This document shows positions 60,961 through 64,000 of a DNA stretch of 64,000 nucleotides, piece after piece. Below the pieces are notes generated by a model, which did not search any database, was not told where the DNA came from, and saw nothing but the letters and a program-made list of their open reading frames with translations. Origin of the DNA: Candidatus Latescibacterota bacterium (GTDB taxonomy: Bacteria > Latescibacterota > UBA2968 > UBA8231); assembly GCA_965204725.1 (NCBI GenBank), contig OZ242005.1, positions 1,728,001 through 1,792,000 of the forward strand. Direction: 5' to 3'. How positions within the stretch are numbered: the first letter of the stretch is position 1; each line of letters opens with the position of its first letter. The translations under genes and the position numbers were made by a program.

Positions 60961-61947
60961 CTACCCTCCTTTTTCAAGGCCCGGAGTTAGTGCTCCGGGG
61001 TTGGTCGCGAAAAGCGCGATCAAATAAGCAATGCACAACACCAACAACACCAAGCCCTTCCAGCGGTTTAACTCGTAGCCATAGCGCATCAACCCGAGCA
61101 TCGCCAAGACGATTGCCAGCATCCACGGGAACATGAACCGGACCACGTCGGGCGGGACCACCAGCGGATTGGCCAAGGCCGAAGCGCCGGCGATCCAGCA
61201 GATATTGAGGATGTCGGCCCCGAGGATATTGCCCACCGCCAAAGCCCCTTGGCCTTTGCGAGCGGCGACAATGCAGGTCGCGATCTCGGGGATGGAAGTG
61301 CCCAAGGCCACGACCACTAAGCCGATGACCACATCCGGCAGCCCCAACGCCTTCGCCACCACCGGAGTCGCCGCGACGATAAAGTGGCTGCTGACGACCA
61401 CGCCGGCCAAGCCGCCGCTGAACAGCAACGCGACCAGCCAGAGGCTGCGCGGGGCGGTCTCCTCGTCGTCTATCTCGACGCGCGGCCGCCGCTTCTGCTC
61501 CCAGAACGAATATATTAGGTATAGGACAAAAAGCCCGACCAACGCGCCGCCCTCCACCCGCGCCAACGTCCCGTCGGAGGCCATGTACCAAGCGACTAGA
61601 TCTACGGTGATGAGAAAAATCGCGGCCGAGCGCAGCACGACGCGGTCAATGGCAATGGCGGCGGTGGCAAAGAGCGCGGCCATGGGCAGGGCCACGCCGT
61701 CGTCGTAAATGACCGACCCCACCGCATTGCCCAGCGCCACTTCGGGGGCGCCCTTGAGGGCCGCGGTCACCGACACCGCCAACTCGGGCGCGGTGGTGCC
61801 AATGCCGACGATGACGATGCCGATCAATATCGGCGGGGCGCGGAGATAGCGCGCAATATCAATGGCGCCCTCCACCAGATAGTCGGCGCATTTGGCCAAT
61901 AGCGCGAAGGATAGGACCATCAGGCCCGCGGCCTCCCATATCCCCAT
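60961..61947 (-). CDS. Ca2+/Na+ antiporter (YrbG family)
   Basis: GTTAPE and GTSIPE alpha repeats, GNAVGS/GNILGA. Confidence 0.9.
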   Translation of the reverse strand: MGIWEAAGLMVLSFALLAKCADYLVEGAIDIARYLRAPPILIGIVIVGIGTTAPELAVSVTAALKGAPEVALGNAVGSVIYDDGVALPMAALFATAAIAIDRVVLRSAAIFLITVDLVAWYMASDGTLARVEGGALVGLFVLYLIYSFWEQKRRPRVEIDDEETAPRSLWLVALLFSGGLAGVVVSSHFIVAATPVVAKALGLPDVVIGLVVVALGTSIPEIATCIVAARKGQGALAVGNILGADILNICWIAGASALANPLVVPPDVVRFMFPWMLAIVLAMLGLMRYGYELNRWKGLVLLVLCIAYLIALFATNPGALTPGLEKGG

Positions 61948-61967
61948 AAGTTAGCTCGTGGCCGTCT

Positions 61968-62840
61968 TCACGGCGCGTCTAAGTAGGAGGACAAGAGGCG
62001 CTCGGCGTTTTGGTAGGTGATCTTGTCAAAGGCTGCGGCCGGCAGCGCAAGGGAGCGCAGAAAATCCATGAGCTCGGAGCTAAAGTAGTCCCGACCAAAG
62101 AGCAGTTTGTCCTGAAATTCGAGGAGGAAATCGCGCCCAAAGATCCGGTCCCTTTGCAGGGCACGCAAACCCGACCCGGCCGACAAATCGGCGTATAGGT
62201 TGCGGTACTGGCGCAGCATTGGGGCCAAGCGTCCATTCGGCAGCACCGGGCCGCTCGGGTAGCTCTCTTTGACATGGCGGTCGTCCCCGGAAATGTGGGC
62301 CCAAAACCCGGGAGCATGGCCGATAAAGACCGTTTGTGAACAGGCCGCGACCGCGCGTTCAAGCGCGTCGAGACTGCCGCCGTACCACCAGTTGGGGCGC
62401 GGGTAAGGGCCGCGGCCGTGGTCAATTGGATAGTCGAGGTGGATTGTGATGGGCAAGCGCAACGCGCCGCACGCCTCGTATAGGCGCAGCGCGTCTGGAT
62501 CGTCAAACGGCAGGCGCACCTTCAGCTCGGACGCGAGCTGGACGCCGTGGATTTCGACTGCGGCCTTGAGCCGATCTATGGCGTCGGGCCGCTTGGGGTG
62601 AGGCATATAGCCGAGGACGAAGCGGTCGGGTGCTTCCCGGCCGACCGCGAGCACATCTTCAAAGGGAATTCCCAAGCCCGTCGGGGGCAACACCGAGTGA
62701 TACGAAGGCGGGTATTCATCGGCCGCGACCTCCCACGAGAAGAGCCACATAAGGTCGATGCCCTGCTCGTCCATGTTACGCAGGATTTTGCCGGCGTTAA
62801 ACCCGTGCCAATTAGGGTGATTGTGCGCGTCAATGAGCAT
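61968..62840 (-). CDS. Amidohydrolase family protein
   Basis: IDAHNH, IGHAPGFW, YADLSAGSG, LFGRD. Confidence 0.87.
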   Translation of the reverse strand: MLIDAHNHPNWHGFNAGKILRNMDEQGIDLMWLFSWEVAADEYPPSYHSVLPPTGLGIPFEDVLAVGREAPDRFVLGYMPHPKRPDAIDRLKAAVEIHGVQLASELKVRLPFDDPDALRLYEACGALRLPITIHLDYPIDHGRGPYPRPNWWYGGSLDALERAVAACSQTVFIGHAPGFWAHISGDDRHVKESYPSGPVLPNGRLAPMLRQYRNLYADLSAGSGLRALQRDRIFGRDFLLEFQDKLLFGRDYFSSELMDFLRSLALPAAAFDKITYQNAERLLSSYLDAP

Positions 62841-62892
62841 TCGTTAATGATATTCTCATGGGGGAAAACTGTCAAGCAAAGCAACGGGCGTT

Positions 62893-62935
62893 TAGTAATA
62901 ATTATTCTTGATTAAGAATTATTATTTATTATATT
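62893..62935 (+). promoter_or_regulatory. AT-rich inverted repeat / tandem ARG-box-like operator over the argG promoter
   Basis: AATAATTATTCTT-GATT-AAGAATTATTATT (12/13 palindromic); TTGATT..TATATT promoter-like. Confidence 0.55.
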
Positions 62936-62959
62936 ACTTTTTCACTCAAAGGAGGAACC

Positions 62960-64000
62960 ATGAATATCGCCGATCTAAAAGGCCAAACGGTGATGCTGGC
63001 CGCGTCCGGTGGCCTCGATAGCTGCACCATCACCCATTGGCTCCAATCCCAAGGGCTAGCGGTCGTCGCCTATACCGCCAATCTGGGCCAGCCCGACGAG
63101 GAGCGCATTGAAGACATAGGAAGCCGGATGCGGGCCTGTGGGGCTGCTGAGGTGATCCTCGACGACCGCAGAGAGGCTATTTGCCAAGCCGGCATCCAAC
63201 TCGTCCAAGCGCAAGCCCGCTACGAGGGGGGCTATTGGAACACCACCGGCATCGCCCGGCACGTGACGGTGGCCGGCATGTTGCCCCACATTCAGGAGCG
63301 CGGCATCCAAGTGCTGGCGCATGGGGCCACCGGGCGCGGCAACGACCAAGTCCGCTTCCAACTGGCCGCGCAGATGCTCGCTCCGCATATCGCGGTGTAC
63401 GCTCCGTGGCGCGACCCGGCCTTCTTGCAAAACTTCGGTGGGCGCAGCCAAATGATCGCGTACTGCCAAAAGCACGGCCTGCCCATAACCGCCACCCCGG
63501 ACAAGCCCTACTCCACAGACGCCAACATGCTCGGGCTGACCCACGAAGCCGGCCAACTCGAATCCTTAACCACCGCAGCCAGCTTGATCGCGCCCGGCAT
63601 GGGTTGCTTCCCGCCGCAGGCCCCAGACCAAGCAGCAGTTTTTACCGTGCGCTTTGAACGCGGCGTCCCGGTCGCCATCAACGACCGCGCTGTCGGCTTG
63701 GTCGCCGCCATTGAGCAGAGCAACGCCGTGGCCGGGCAGCACGGGGTCGGCATTGGCTTACACGCGGTGGAAAATCGCTTCGTTGGCATTAAGTCGCGCG
63801 GCGTCTATGAGGCACCGGCCCTCGCGCTGCTCGGCCAGTGCTACGAGTACTTGCTCCAGCTCGTTCTCGATCGCCGGGCGCGGCGGATTTTTGCCGTTGT
63901 CTCTGAATTTATCGCCGAGCAGATCTATCAAGGCTACTGGTTTGACACGGCGACCCAAGCGAGTTGGAAGCTCATCGAGCACTTTAATCAGTTGGCGACC
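62960..64000 (+). CDS. argG: Argininosuccinate synthase (3'-truncated by window edge)
   Basis: AASGGLDS, HGATGRGNDQVRF, YSTDANMLG, VENRFVGIKSRGVYEAP; AAGGAGG RBS. Confidence 0.93.
   Translation, partial: MNIADLKGQTVMLAASGGLDSCTITHWLQSQGLAVVAYTANLGQPDEERIEDIGSRMRACGAAEVILDDRREAICQAGIQLVQAQARYEGGYWNTTGIARHVTVAGMLPHIQERGIQVLAHGATGRGNDQVRFQLAAQMLAPHIAVYAPWRDPAFLQNFGGRSQMIAYCQKHGLPITATPDKPYSTDANMLGLTHEAGQLESLTTAASLIAPGMGCFPPQAPDQAAVFTVRFERGVPVAINDRAVGLVAAIEQSNAVAGQHGVGIGLHAVENRFVGIKSRGVYEAPALALLGQCYEYLLQLVLDRRARRIFAVVSEFIAEQIYQGYWFDTATQASWKLIEHFNQLAT

Overview
A GC-rich bacterial chromosomal window that is mostly housekeeping: trmJ-like (5'-truncated), gmd, gcvP/gcvT, coaE, clpP/epmA/clpX, trxA, holA, sigma-70, rph, smpB, three tRNAs, a complete alternative complex III + caa3-type (A2) oxidase operon, a taurine-type ABC transporter, many sugar/oxidoreductase genes and a 3'-truncated argG. 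The most unusual part is a lower-GC ~4 kb toxin-antitoxin (TA) cluster at ~33.8-37.9 kb, where one architecture occurs twice: toxin 1 - [antitoxin-1 :: cargo :: antitoxin-2 single polypeptide] - toxin 2. The first copy is BrnT - [BrnA-like::6 ankyrin repeats::HicB] - HicA. The second is DUF4160 - [DUF2442::coiled coil::alkyltransferase-like::VapB-like] - PIN. Cassettes are bounded by duplicated gene 3' ends (groES-like, last ankyrin repeat), and no integrase is visible. A second small accessory patch (41.7-43.5 kb) holds a ~350-380 bp direct repeat, tail-anchored coiled-coil mini-proteins and an MNT-HEPN remnant. A C5-methyltransferase + GIY-YIG nuclease pair lies nearby. All family assignments come from motif recognition by eye, not database searches.
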